Part shown: one piece after another, positions 18,865 to 27,081 of the stretch
Position numbering within the stretch: position 1 is the first letter of the stretch
How the letters are laid out: each line of letters opens with the position of its first letter
Assembly (NCBI GenBank): GCA_050945515.1
Contig: JBMNTB010000006.1
Span: 13,548-77,547 of the forward strand
Direction: 5' to 3'
Source: Saccharofermentanales bacterium
Lineage (GTDB): Bacteria; Bacillota; Clostridia; Saccharofermentanales; DTU023
DNA length: 64,000 nt
Notes under the pieces: model-generated
The model's database searches: none
What the model was told of the DNA's origin: nothing
Seen by the model: the letters and a program-made list of their open reading frames with translations, nothing else
Program-made: the position numbers and the translations under genes

Positions 18865-18930
18865 TAGCGTAATAAATTTTTAACTTTACTATAACTATAA
18901 ATAAACTATAAGTACTTTTTGGAGGAATGA

Positions 18931-19560
18931 ATGAATAAACACCCTTTCACTCGTGCGACAGTTGAACAGACTGTAGAACTTGTTTATAACTTTCTAGTTG
19001 ATTATATCAGAAATAATGGCTATCCACCTTCCATTCGTGATATTTGCAAGGGTGTTGGAATTAAGTCGACTTCTACTGTCCACAATCATCTGAAACGGCT
19101 TAGTGAACTCGGCCGAATTGAAATGAAACCAGGTAAAAGACGTGCAATTAGTGTTCCTGCACTGGAACAAAGTCACGAACATAAAATCCCTCTGATCGGA
19201 CGTGTGACAGCGGGTGTTCCTATTCTGGCAGCCCAGAATATTGAGCGTGAACTTTCTGTTCCTGCCGGTTACTTCTCTGACTCAGATGATATGTTTGCCC
19301 TTAGAGTCAGTGGTGACAGCATGAGAGATGCTCATATTCTGGATGGCGACATAGTTTTTGTTCGTAAACAGCCTACTGCTGAGCTAGGACAGGTTGTTGT
19401 CGCCTTATTGGATACTGAAGCTACTGTAAAGCGCCTGGTAAGTGAAAACAACCGTATCTATCTCAAACCGGAAAACTCGGCCTATTCTTTAATCCCCTTT
19501 GAAGATGAGTCGTATCGGATTTTAGGAATAGTACGTGGGGTATTTCGCCCGGCGCTGTAA
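18931..19560 (+). CDS. lexA: SOS repressor LexA
   Basis: N-terminal winged HTH (GYPPSIRDICKGVGIKSTSTVHNHLKRL), cleavage site region VAGVP, and S24 peptidase motifs VSGDSM and VVALLDTEATVKRL. Confidence 0.95.
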   Translation: MNKHPFTRATVEQTVELVYNFLVDYIRNNGYPPSIRDICKGVGIKSTSTVHNHLKRLSELGRIEMKPGKRRAISVPALEQSHEHKIPLIGRVTAGVPILAAQNIERELSVPAGYFSDSDDMFALRVSGDSMRDAHILDGDIVFVRKQPTAELGQVVVALLDTEATVKRLVSENNRIYLKPENSAYSLIPFEDESYRILGIVRGVFRPAL

Positions 19561-19866
19561 TGTTTTCAGCTCTGCTGCGGATAAATCTTTATCTCTATAT
19601 ACATATTTGATGGCCATCTGAGGACGAATATGTGTTAATGCTTGTTTATATACCAGAACCATCGAACCGTTATGATCTACAAAGAGTGAAATATCATCAA
19701 AATCCAAAATAATGGCAGATAAGCTTGTTCCGTCGAGATATAATATTTCTACGGGCAGACAACTAGCAATACATTTCTGCAGGAATTGTTCCTCAATATG
19801 AGTTTTTAATATCTCTCTAGGTTTCTCCAAAAAGCAATCGTTGGCATTATTACTGTCTTTCATCAT
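19522..19866 (-). CDS. hfq: Divergent Hfq-like Sm-fold RNA chaperone
   Basis: It lies downstream of miaA, the conserved mutL-miaA-hfq order. The core QFLQKCIASCLPVEILYLDGTSLSAIILDFDDISLFVDHNGSMVLVYKQALTHIRP follows the Hfq Sm1/Sm2 pattern, but with YKQAL in place of YKHAI, and it carries N- and C-terminal extensions. Confidence 0.65.
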   Translation of the reverse strand: MMKDSNNANDCFLEKPREILKTHIEEQFLQKCIASCLPVEILYLDGTSLSAIILDFDDISLFVDHNGSMVLVYKQALTHIRPQMAIKYVYRDKDLSAAELKTLQRRAKYPTYYS

Positions 19867-20045
19867 AATTCTTATGCTAGTGTTAGCATATTCCTTTCTA
19901 AAATAATATTTGCTTCATGAGAGCCGGGTATGTAATTTTATCATAAAACAGTACATAAACACTAATATAATAATTAAATCATGTCAAGACGCGACAATAA
20001 TGAACAATTTTAATAAAAATTAGATGTTTAGTAATAAAATGCAAG

Positions 20046-21002
20046 TTAAAGACGGTGTAAATCGGTACGTGGGCGGAACCATGTGCGCTGTCTCTTGGCA
20101 TATTGCCTAGTATGAATAATGATCCATTCCCTCATCTCTGACAAACTATATTTACCCTGGAGATAGGCAACAACTTCTCGGTAACCAATACCTGAATATG
20201 GTTGCAGGCCGGTATCAGGATACTTATCGAGTAGAGTCCTGGTTTCATCTACCAAGCCCGCAGCAAGCATTAGATCTACCCTATCTATGATTCTATGATT
20301 TAGTTCTACCTTTCCCGGATCGAGGTAATAAGCAATAAAACGGAGGGAACTGTCTTGTGCCATTGATTGCTGGTTAATCTCAGTGCGCGTCTTACCGCTC
20401 AAGCGATATTGCTCGTGAAATCTTATAATGCGGCGTCTATCACTTGGTGCGATTGTCTGTGCAGCTTGGGGATCTAATTTGACCAACTTTTGCCAAAGTA
20501 GCTCAAGGCCATTGCTGTCTACCTCTTTTTCAATTTCAGTTCTCAACAAATGATCTCTACTGTGCTTGGCATAGCTGATCCCATCCAGCAGAGCAGTTAT
20601 ATACTGCCCCGTTCCGCCACATATTACAATTTGCTTCTCTGACTGTTGTGCTTCCTGTAATATTTTAGTGACGGATTCGGTATATAAAGCTACACTATAA
20701 CTTTGATCAGGATCAAGAATATCGATCATTGCATGAGCAATCTTCTTTTGATCGGCCGCAGTTGGTTTCGCAGTACCAATGTCAAATCCACGATATAATT
20801 GCATGGAATCAGCCGAAACAATCAATCCGTCGAGTTTTTCAGCAACACACATTGCCAGGCTTGATTTACCGGATGCCGTTGGCCCGCAGATCACTATAGC
20901 GGCATTATTGGCTTGTTCACGAGCTGACTCAACGATAAAGTCGCAAAAACGGGCTAATCTGTGTGCCCATTTTTCAGTTTGATCGTTCCGCTTGCTCAAC
21001 AT
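20046..21002 (-). CDS. miaA: tRNA dimethylallyltransferase
   Basis: P-loop GPTASGKSSLA, SADSMQLYRGFDIGTAKP, and the YAKRQRTWFR C-terminal motif. It has an N-terminal extension of about 30 aa. Confidence 0.92.
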   Translation of the reverse strand: MLSKRNDQTEKWAHRLARFCDFIVESAREQANNAAIVICGPTASGKSSLAMCVAEKLDGLIVSADSMQLYRGFDIGTAKPTAADQKKIAHAMIDILDPDQSYSVALYTESVTKILQEAQQSEKQIVICGGTGQYITALLDGISYAKHSRDHLLRTEIEKEVDSNGLELLWQKLVKLDPQAAQTIAPSDRRRIIRFHEQYRLSGKTRTEINQQSMAQDSSLRFIAYYLDPGKVELNHRIIDRVDLMLAAGLVDETRTLLDKYPDTGLQPYSGIGYREVVAYLQGKYSLSEMREWIIIHTRQYAKRQRTWFRPRTDLHRL

Positions 21003-21011
21003 AGCAGCAGT

Positions 21012-22952
21012 TTACCCCATAATTCTCTTAAACATCTTGTCGAGATCATGGCGAGAAAATCGAATTAATACTGGCCTGCCATGTGGACAATGATAAGGAT
21101 TATCCAGATTTTGCAAGTCTGTCAGGAGGTGCTTAATTTCTAGATGATCTAATCTGTCATGAGCCTTTACAGCAGCTTTACAAGCAATATCATGTAAGAG
21201 GTCTTGTCTTCCATTAGCAAATTTTATATTTTCGTTTACACAGGCTTCAATAACTGCAGAAAAAGCAAGCTCAGGATTAAGTTCTGAACGCACTTCAGGT
21301 ACTGCGCGAATCACAATAGAATCGACTCCAAAATCCTCAAAATCAAAACCTAATTGGACAATTTGTTCTCTATATTCTGTGACTGCAGCAAGCTCCAACT
21401 GAGTAATTTTCATCTTAAGCGGTTTCAATAATAATTGACTGGGCATTTTCCTTTCTTGATTAGGCTCTTTACTCAGTAATTCTTCAAAAAGGATGCGCTC
21501 ATGTGCGGCATGCTGATCAATTATGACCAGTTCACCTTTCATTTCAAGTAGAATATAAGTATTAGCATATACGCCGATAATACGTGCATTCTGGATACCG
21601 GTGATATCCAGATGCTCGAGAGAGATTTGTCCTGATGAAACTTGTTCTGGCAAGTCAGGCTGTGTTTCTGTCTGCGTTAAGGGCATAGTAATATTTTCAT
21701 CTAATGGATCAGGCAGTATATCGGAATAGGAAATTTGCTTATTCTTTACTTCATTATCATTAAAAAGAATGCTCTGTGTTTTTGTACTGGAAAAAGATTT
21801 ATCCGAAAGTTTTTCATGTCTCTGTTGTTCTTTCTCGTCTGCTGAATCTACAATTGCATCGATGTCTGTACTGGTAGATGATTTCCTTTCACTACCAACA
21901 GAAGCAGATAAAACCGATTGCATCTGATCTTTACTTGATTCTAAGACACTGGGGATTCCTGAGGCTGATGCCAGAGCATTTTGAATAGTATGATAGACGG
22001 CGCTAAATACTTCTTTTTCCTGCCAAAATCTCAATTCGCTTTTTTGAGGATGGACATTTATGTCCACTAATTCCTGTGGAATATTAATTTGCATGACCAA
22101 GGCAGGAAATCTGCTTTTGACAAACCAGCCACGGATAGATTCATCAATAGCTATAGATAGTATTCTAGAGTTGATATTCCTGCCATTGACTATGAAAACT
22201 TGTCGTGCCCGATTACCGCGAGCATTTTCAGGTGTTGAAATATAACCGGAAAGCAATACAGGAGGCCGGTTATTTTCAAAGGGGATCATGCCTTCAGCTG
22301 TCTTGCGGTCGAAAACCGCGTAAATTGCACTCAAAAGATCGTTATTTCCCGGCGTATAGAGTATGCTCTTCCCTGCCTCATTAATGAGTCGAAAAGATAC
22401 GTCCGGTCTGGTCAAAGCTAATTTGCCTATGGTATCTGCAATATAACCGGCCTCAAGACTGTCTTTCTTTAAAAATTTATATCTGGCAGGTGTGTTATAG
22501 AACAGATCATTAACAGTGACCACAGTTCCTTCTGGGCATGCGCACGGATTAGCCGCAATAATTTTTCCTCCTTCGGCTTTAATTTCATATCCTGACTCTG
22601 CACCCGGTTCTCGTGTGCGTAGTCGCAGACGGGAAATCGAGGCAATGCTAGGCAAAGCTTCTCCCCTAAAACCCATTGTAGTAATGGTTTCTAAATCGTC
22701 TATAGTAGTGATCTTGCTGGTGAAATGACTTAGCAAACAGTGTCTGGCATCCTCTTCCGTCATGCCACCTCCATTATCACTAACTTCTATTTCACTTATC
22801 CCTCCATTGCGAATCGAAACTAAAATTTGTGTAGCACCTGAATCCAGGGAATTATCAATTAATTCCTTGACTACTGATGCAGGCCTTTCAACAACCTCAC
22901 CTGCAGCAATATGATTGATAGTAACGGGGTCTAGTTTTTTTATGACAGCCAT
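21012..22952 (-). CDS. mutL: DNA mismatch repair protein MutL
   Basis: GHKL ATPase N-terminus (IAAGEVVERPASVVKELIDNSLDSGA, DNGGGM, GFRGEALPSI) and a C-terminal dimerisation domain (DQHAAHERILFE, CPHGRP). Confidence 0.95.
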   Translation of the reverse strand: MAVIKKLDPVTINHIAAGEVVERPASVVKELIDNSLDSGATQILVSIRNGGISEIEVSDNGGGMTEEDARHCLLSHFTSKITTIDDLETITTMGFRGEALPSIASISRLRLRTREPGAESGYEIKAEGGKIIAANPCACPEGTVVTVNDLFYNTPARYKFLKKDSLEAGYIADTIGKLALTRPDVSFRLINEAGKSILYTPGNNDLLSAIYAVFDRKTAEGMIPFENNRPPVLLSGYISTPENARGNRARQVFIVNGRNINSRILSIAIDESIRGWFVKSRFPALVMQINIPQELVDINVHPQKSELRFWQEKEVFSAVYHTIQNALASASGIPSVLESSKDQMQSVLSASVGSERKSSTSTDIDAIVDSADEKEQQRHEKLSDKSFSSTKTQSILFNDNEVKNKQISYSDILPDPLDENITMPLTQTETQPDLPEQVSSGQISLEHLDITGIQNARIIGVYANTYILLEMKGELVIIDQHAAHERILFEELLSKEPNQERKMPSQLLLKPLKMKITQLELAAVTEYREQIVQLGFDFEDFGVDSIVIRAVPEVRSELNPELAFSAVIEACVNENIKFANGRQDLLHDIACKAAVKAHDRLDHLEIKHLLTDLQNLDNPYHCPHGRPVLIRFSRHDLDKMFKRIMG

Positions 22953-22966
22953 GTATTGAGTTCCTC

Positions 22967-25600
22967 TTAACCTTGGTTGCGCATTTTCTTTGCAATTTGA
23001 ATTAAATCATGTAATTTGCTTAACGCATCTATCGGTCGCATCTGATCAATATCAATCTTTTCGATCTCGGTAATAAGCTTGTCTGCTTCATAGACGCTGC
23101 GTGCAGTGCTAAAAAGATCGATCTGACCTTCCTGTTGCTTTGCGCCTTTCCTCATTACCAACCTTTTCCCTTGATTATCAGCCTCGAGCTGCATTACCAA
23201 CTCTCTGGCTCTAGTTACTACGGATTGTGGTACCCCGGCAAGTCTAGCCACTTCAATGCCATAACTATCATCTGTGCCGCCGGGGCGGATTTGATGCAAA
23301 AAGACAATTTCTCCGTCTTTTTCACTGACAGCTATATGTGCATTGAAGATACCGTTTTTGAGCTCTGCCAAATCAGTAAGCTCGTGGTAATGTGTAGCAA
23401 ACAAAGTTCTGCAGCCCAGATATGATTTATCTGCAATATGCTCCAGTACAGACCAGGCTATTGATAAACCATCATAGGTGCTGGTACCCCTGCCAATTTC
23501 ATCTAAAATCAGTAGGCTTGATGTTGTGGCCTGGCTCATAATCGTTGCAACCTCTGTCATCTCTACCATAAAGGTTGATTGACCGCTGCCGATATCATCA
23601 GCTGCTCCGACTCTGGTAAAAATTCTGTCAACCAGTCCAATACTGGCAGATTGAGCAGGTACAAAACTACCCATTTGTGCCATTAAGACAATTAGTGCAT
23701 TTTGTCGCATATAGGTTGACTTGCCTGACATATTAGGGCCTGTCAACACCATACAGCGACGATCAAGTGTGTCGAGCTCAAGATCATTCGGCACAAAGGT
23801 GCTTTGAGCCGTAAGCCTTGACAAAACTGGATGCCTTCCCTGCGATATAATTAGACAATTATCGTCTGTAATTTCAGGACGAACATAGCTCTCGCGATCT
23901 GCCAGATCAGCCAGGCCGGCATATGCATCCAATCCGGCCAGAGCTCGAGCAGTTCGTTGCAACGATGGCAAATTCATCTTTACTTGTTCTCTGATTTCGG
24001 AAAATAGTTCATATTCCAGATTATTCAATTTCTGTTTGGCACCGAGTAATTTATCTTCCCGCTCTTTAAGTTCCTCTGAAATATACCTTTCAGCATTTGT
24101 TAAAGTCTGCTTACGAATGTAGCGATCAGGAACTAAGTGCAGATTTGATTTAGTAATCTCAATAAAATAACCAAAGACCTTATTGTAGCGAACACGTAGG
24201 TTCTTAATGCCGGTTATTTCTCTCTCCTTTTGTTCATATTCTAAAAGCCAATCCTGACCTCGTTCAGAAATATCTCTGTAGGCATCAACTTCTTCATTAA
24301 AGCCTTGTTTAATCAGCTTCCCCTCAGTTAGTGAAATTGGCGGATCATCGACTAGCGATCGTTCCAACAATGTATAGAGATCAGCATGAGGTTCAAGATC
24401 CGAAACCAGATCCTGTAAGGTATCTGCTACCAGATTTTCCAGCACGGATCTAAGTGAAGGAATACGTTCTAAGACATTTTTCAAGGCGATTAAATCACGT
24501 GCATTGACCGTTCCTAAACCTATCCGGCTGGAGAGTCGTTCTAAATCGTAAAGACCTGCCAGCATTTCGCGGCAATTCTCTCTGACGATGAATTGGTCCA
24601 GAAAATCTGCCACAGCATCTAGCCTAGCCTCAATATCGGTTTGATTAAGTAAAGGTTGTTCTAGCCAGCTGCGCAGCAAACGGCTCCCCATACTGGTCTT
24701 GGTACGGTCCATTGCCCAGAGTAGGCTGCCTTTATATGAGCGATCCCTAATTGTTTCAGTCAGTTCCAGATTTTTACGGGCAGATTGATCTAACAACATA
24801 TAATCCTGTTGTCGATAGGGGAAAATTTTTCTAATATTCTGAGGTAACTGTAATTGATTGTCTGCAATATAACGAACTAAGGCAGCAGAAGCATTAGGCC
24901 ACAGATAGTCTATATCTGAGTATTCCAGAATATCCGGGTCAATGTCGGCAGGAATAAAATAATCATCAGGCAAGATCGTTACGGCTATATCATTTTCTCT
25001 TAACCAACTTAAGATAGTCAGATCCTCCGAACCTAGTTGGTTGATTAATAGCTCGCATGGACGCAGCCTGGACAGCTCATCAACTAATCGTCTATCAGCC
25101 GCTTCACTCAATAAGGCAGTTGTTTCAAAATGACCGGAACTAACATCGCAGGCGGCCAGACCAAATACATGTCCTGCCTTGTAGACAGAGGCAATATAGG
25201 AATACTTTGTCTCATCGAGTGCGGCTGAGTCAGTTACTGTTCCAGGTGTAACTATCCTTATAATCTCACGCTTAACTAAACCTTTCGCCTGACTGGTATC
25301 TTCCACCTGGTCGCAGATGGCAACCTTATAACCCTTATTTACCAGACGACTGATATAAAGATCTGCCGCGTGATGGGGTACTCCGCACATCGGTGCTCTC
25401 TCGGAAAGTCCGCAGTCTCTTTTGGTAAGTGTCAATTCCAGCTCACGAGCAACTAATATTGCATCATCAAAGAAAAGCTCAAAAAAATCGCCTAAACGGT
25501 AGAACAATATGCAATCAGGTCGCTTATTTTTTTCAGCGACATATTGTTCCATCATCGGGGACAGTTTTTCACCTTCAATATCTTTGAGAGTTAATGGCAT
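22967..25600 (-). CDS. mutS: DNA mismatch repair protein MutS
   Basis: TPMMEQY-like N-terminus (SPMMEQYVAEK, GDFFELF), Walker A GPNMSGKST, and the DEIGRGTSTYDG and TLFATHYHEL motifs. Confidence 0.95.
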   Translation of the reverse strand: MPLTLKDIEGEKLSPMMEQYVAEKNKRPDCILFYRLGDFFELFFDDAILVARELELTLTKRDCGLSERAPMCGVPHHAADLYISRLVNKGYKVAICDQVEDTSQAKGLVKREIIRIVTPGTVTDSAALDETKYSYIASVYKAGHVFGLAACDVSSGHFETTALLSEAADRRLVDELSRLRPCELLINQLGSEDLTILSWLRENDIAVTILPDDYFIPADIDPDILEYSDIDYLWPNASAALVRYIADNQLQLPQNIRKIFPYRQQDYMLLDQSARKNLELTETIRDRSYKGSLLWAMDRTKTSMGSRLLRSWLEQPLLNQTDIEARLDAVADFLDQFIVRENCREMLAGLYDLERLSSRIGLGTVNARDLIALKNVLERIPSLRSVLENLVADTLQDLVSDLEPHADLYTLLERSLVDDPPISLTEGKLIKQGFNEEVDAYRDISERGQDWLLEYEQKEREITGIKNLRVRYNKVFGYFIEITKSNLHLVPDRYIRKQTLTNAERYISEELKEREDKLLGAKQKLNNLEYELFSEIREQVKMNLPSLQRTARALAGLDAYAGLADLADRESYVRPEITDDNCLIISQGRHPVLSRLTAQSTFVPNDLELDTLDRRCMVLTGPNMSGKSTYMRQNALIVLMAQMGSFVPAQSASIGLVDRIFTRVGAADDIGSGQSTFMVEMTEVATIMSQATTSSLLILDEIGRGTSTYDGLSIAWSVLEHIADKSYLGCRTLFATHYHELTDLAELKNGIFNAHIAVSEKDGEIVFLHQIRPGGTDDSYGIEVARLAGVPQSVVTRARELVMQLEADNQGKRLVMRKGAKQQEGQIDLFSTARSVYEADKLITEIEKIDIDQMRPIDALSKLHDLIQIAKKMRNQG

Positions 25601-27060
25601 ATTTCCTCACCTAAAAGCGTAAAGGTCTTGGCGGCGGTGATATGTACAGGTATAAACTCCCCTTCCCTATCAGTTGCAGGTATTACATTAGAGGATGTAT
25701 CAGTTCTGTTCTTGCTTTTAGGAATAAAATTCACTAAACGATTATCAGCTGTCCGCCCTGACAAAATAGTTTTATCGCCGGAACTCCTCCCCTCACACAA
25801 GACTTCTACATTGCGTCCGATAAGCTTCCTATTTGAAGTTAAGCTATGCTCATTCTGTAATTCAACTAAATGCTCAAATCTTTCTTGTATAACTTCCCTA
25901 TCTGTAGGATTATACCATTCTGAGGCAGGGGTTCCGATCCGAGGACTGTATATAAAAGTAAAAGCGCTATCAAATCTGACTTTGTCCATAACATCGATAG
26001 TATCAATAAAATCCGTTAACTCTTCACCGGGGAAACCAACAATAATGTCTGTAGATATGCTTAGGCCAGGCCTAGCTCCTCTAAGCTTATTGACAATTTC
26101 CAGATATTGTTCACGGCTATATTGTCTATTCATTTTGGTCAAAATGCGATTACTGCCGGACTGTAAGGGTAAATGAACATGTGGTTCTATTTGTTCAATG
26201 CGGCCGATAGTTTCTATCAGCTGATCTGAGAGATCCTTAGGGTGAGAAGTCATAAATCTAATTCTTCTAATACCCTTAATTTCAGATACTTTGGACAATA
26301 GCCAGGCGAAATTTTGTTGTTTTTGATCAGTAAAATCTTTGCCCCAGGCATTTACATTCTGGCCTAGAAGCAAGACCTCAGGTATGCCATCAGCAGCTAT
26401 ATGCATAATCTCTCGCAGTATATCCTGCGGCTGGCGACTTCGCTCACGTCCCCTGGTATAAGGGACAATACAATAAGAACAATAATTATTGCAGCCATAC
26501 ATAATAGAAACCAGTGCCCGATATTTTCTTTGTCTGGATATAGGTAAATTTTCATGAAATTTGGCAGACCGATCCTCAGTATAATAGATCGACTTATGAA
26601 TCAGCCCATCTTCAATCAAGGATAAAAGAGAAGATATCTGATCAGGTCTCATGATGAAATCAACAAAGCGAAATGACTGCTCAATTCTACTCCTGTGAAT
26701 ATCCTGCGCCATCATGCAGCCGCAGGTACCAATGATACGTCTGACTTTTTCCCCGGCAAATTGCTTGAGACTACCTAAATGCCCAAAAAATCTGTCTTCG
26801 GCATTGGCCCTGACACTGCAAGTATTGATTAAGATTAGGTCGCCTGTTGCGTATGAATCAGCGGGCAGAAATCCAGCATCTTCCAAAATACCGGCCATTA
26901 TTTCACTGTCTGCTTCGTTCTGCTGACAACCAAATGTGCGAATATAATATTTAGGCTGAACGGCGTTTATAGCACGGTATTGAGAAACCCAGTCTTTTAG
27001 AACGGGATAGGCATCAAGTGCCGTTGTATTATAGGACTCTCCTCTTATATTTTGATTCAT
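25591..27060 (-). CDS. miaB: tRNA-i6A37 methylthiotransferase MiaB (radical SAM + TRAM)
   Basis: UPF0004 N-domain (YYIRTFGCQQNEADSE, INTCSVR), radical-SAM motif CNNYCSYCIVP, and a TRAM C-terminus. It lies upstream of mutS as in B. subtilis, with a 10-nt overlap. Confidence 0.9.
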   Translation of the reverse strand: MNQNIRGESYNTTALDAYPVLKDWVSQYRAINAVQPKYYIRTFGCQQNEADSEIMAGILEDAGFLPADSYATGDLILINTCSVRANAEDRFFGHLGSLKQFAGEKVRRIIGTCGCMMAQDIHRSRIEQSFRFVDFIMRPDQISSLLSLIEDGLIHKSIYYTEDRSAKFHENLPISRQRKYRALVSIMYGCNNYCSYCIVPYTRGRERSRQPQDILREIMHIAADGIPEVLLLGQNVNAWGKDFTDQKQQNFAWLLSKVSEIKGIRRIRFMTSHPKDLSDQLIETIGRIEQIEPHVHLPLQSGSNRILTKMNRQYSREQYLEIVNKLRGARPGLSISTDIIVGFPGEELTDFIDTIDVMDKVRFDSAFTFIYSPRIGTPASEWYNPTDREVIQERFEHLVELQNEHSLTSNRKLIGRNVEVLCEGRSSGDKTILSGRTADNRLVNFIPKSKNRTDTSSNVIPATDREGEFIPVHITAAKTFTLLGEEICH

Positions 27061-27081
27061 CTGTAGTTATTCCTTAAACAC

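Noticed and set aside
25628-26176. 182-aa ORF on the + strand inside miaB. Similar long antisense ORFs occur at 1795-2256 (in the SSF gene), 51951-52415 (in folD), 55773-56189 (in the Nudix gene) and 53284-53610 (in ftsK).
   Set aside because: All are fully antisense to well-supported conserved genes. They are Ser/Leu/Ile-rich in the way shadow frames typically are, lack SD sequences and match no family I recognise. I treat them as frame shadows.
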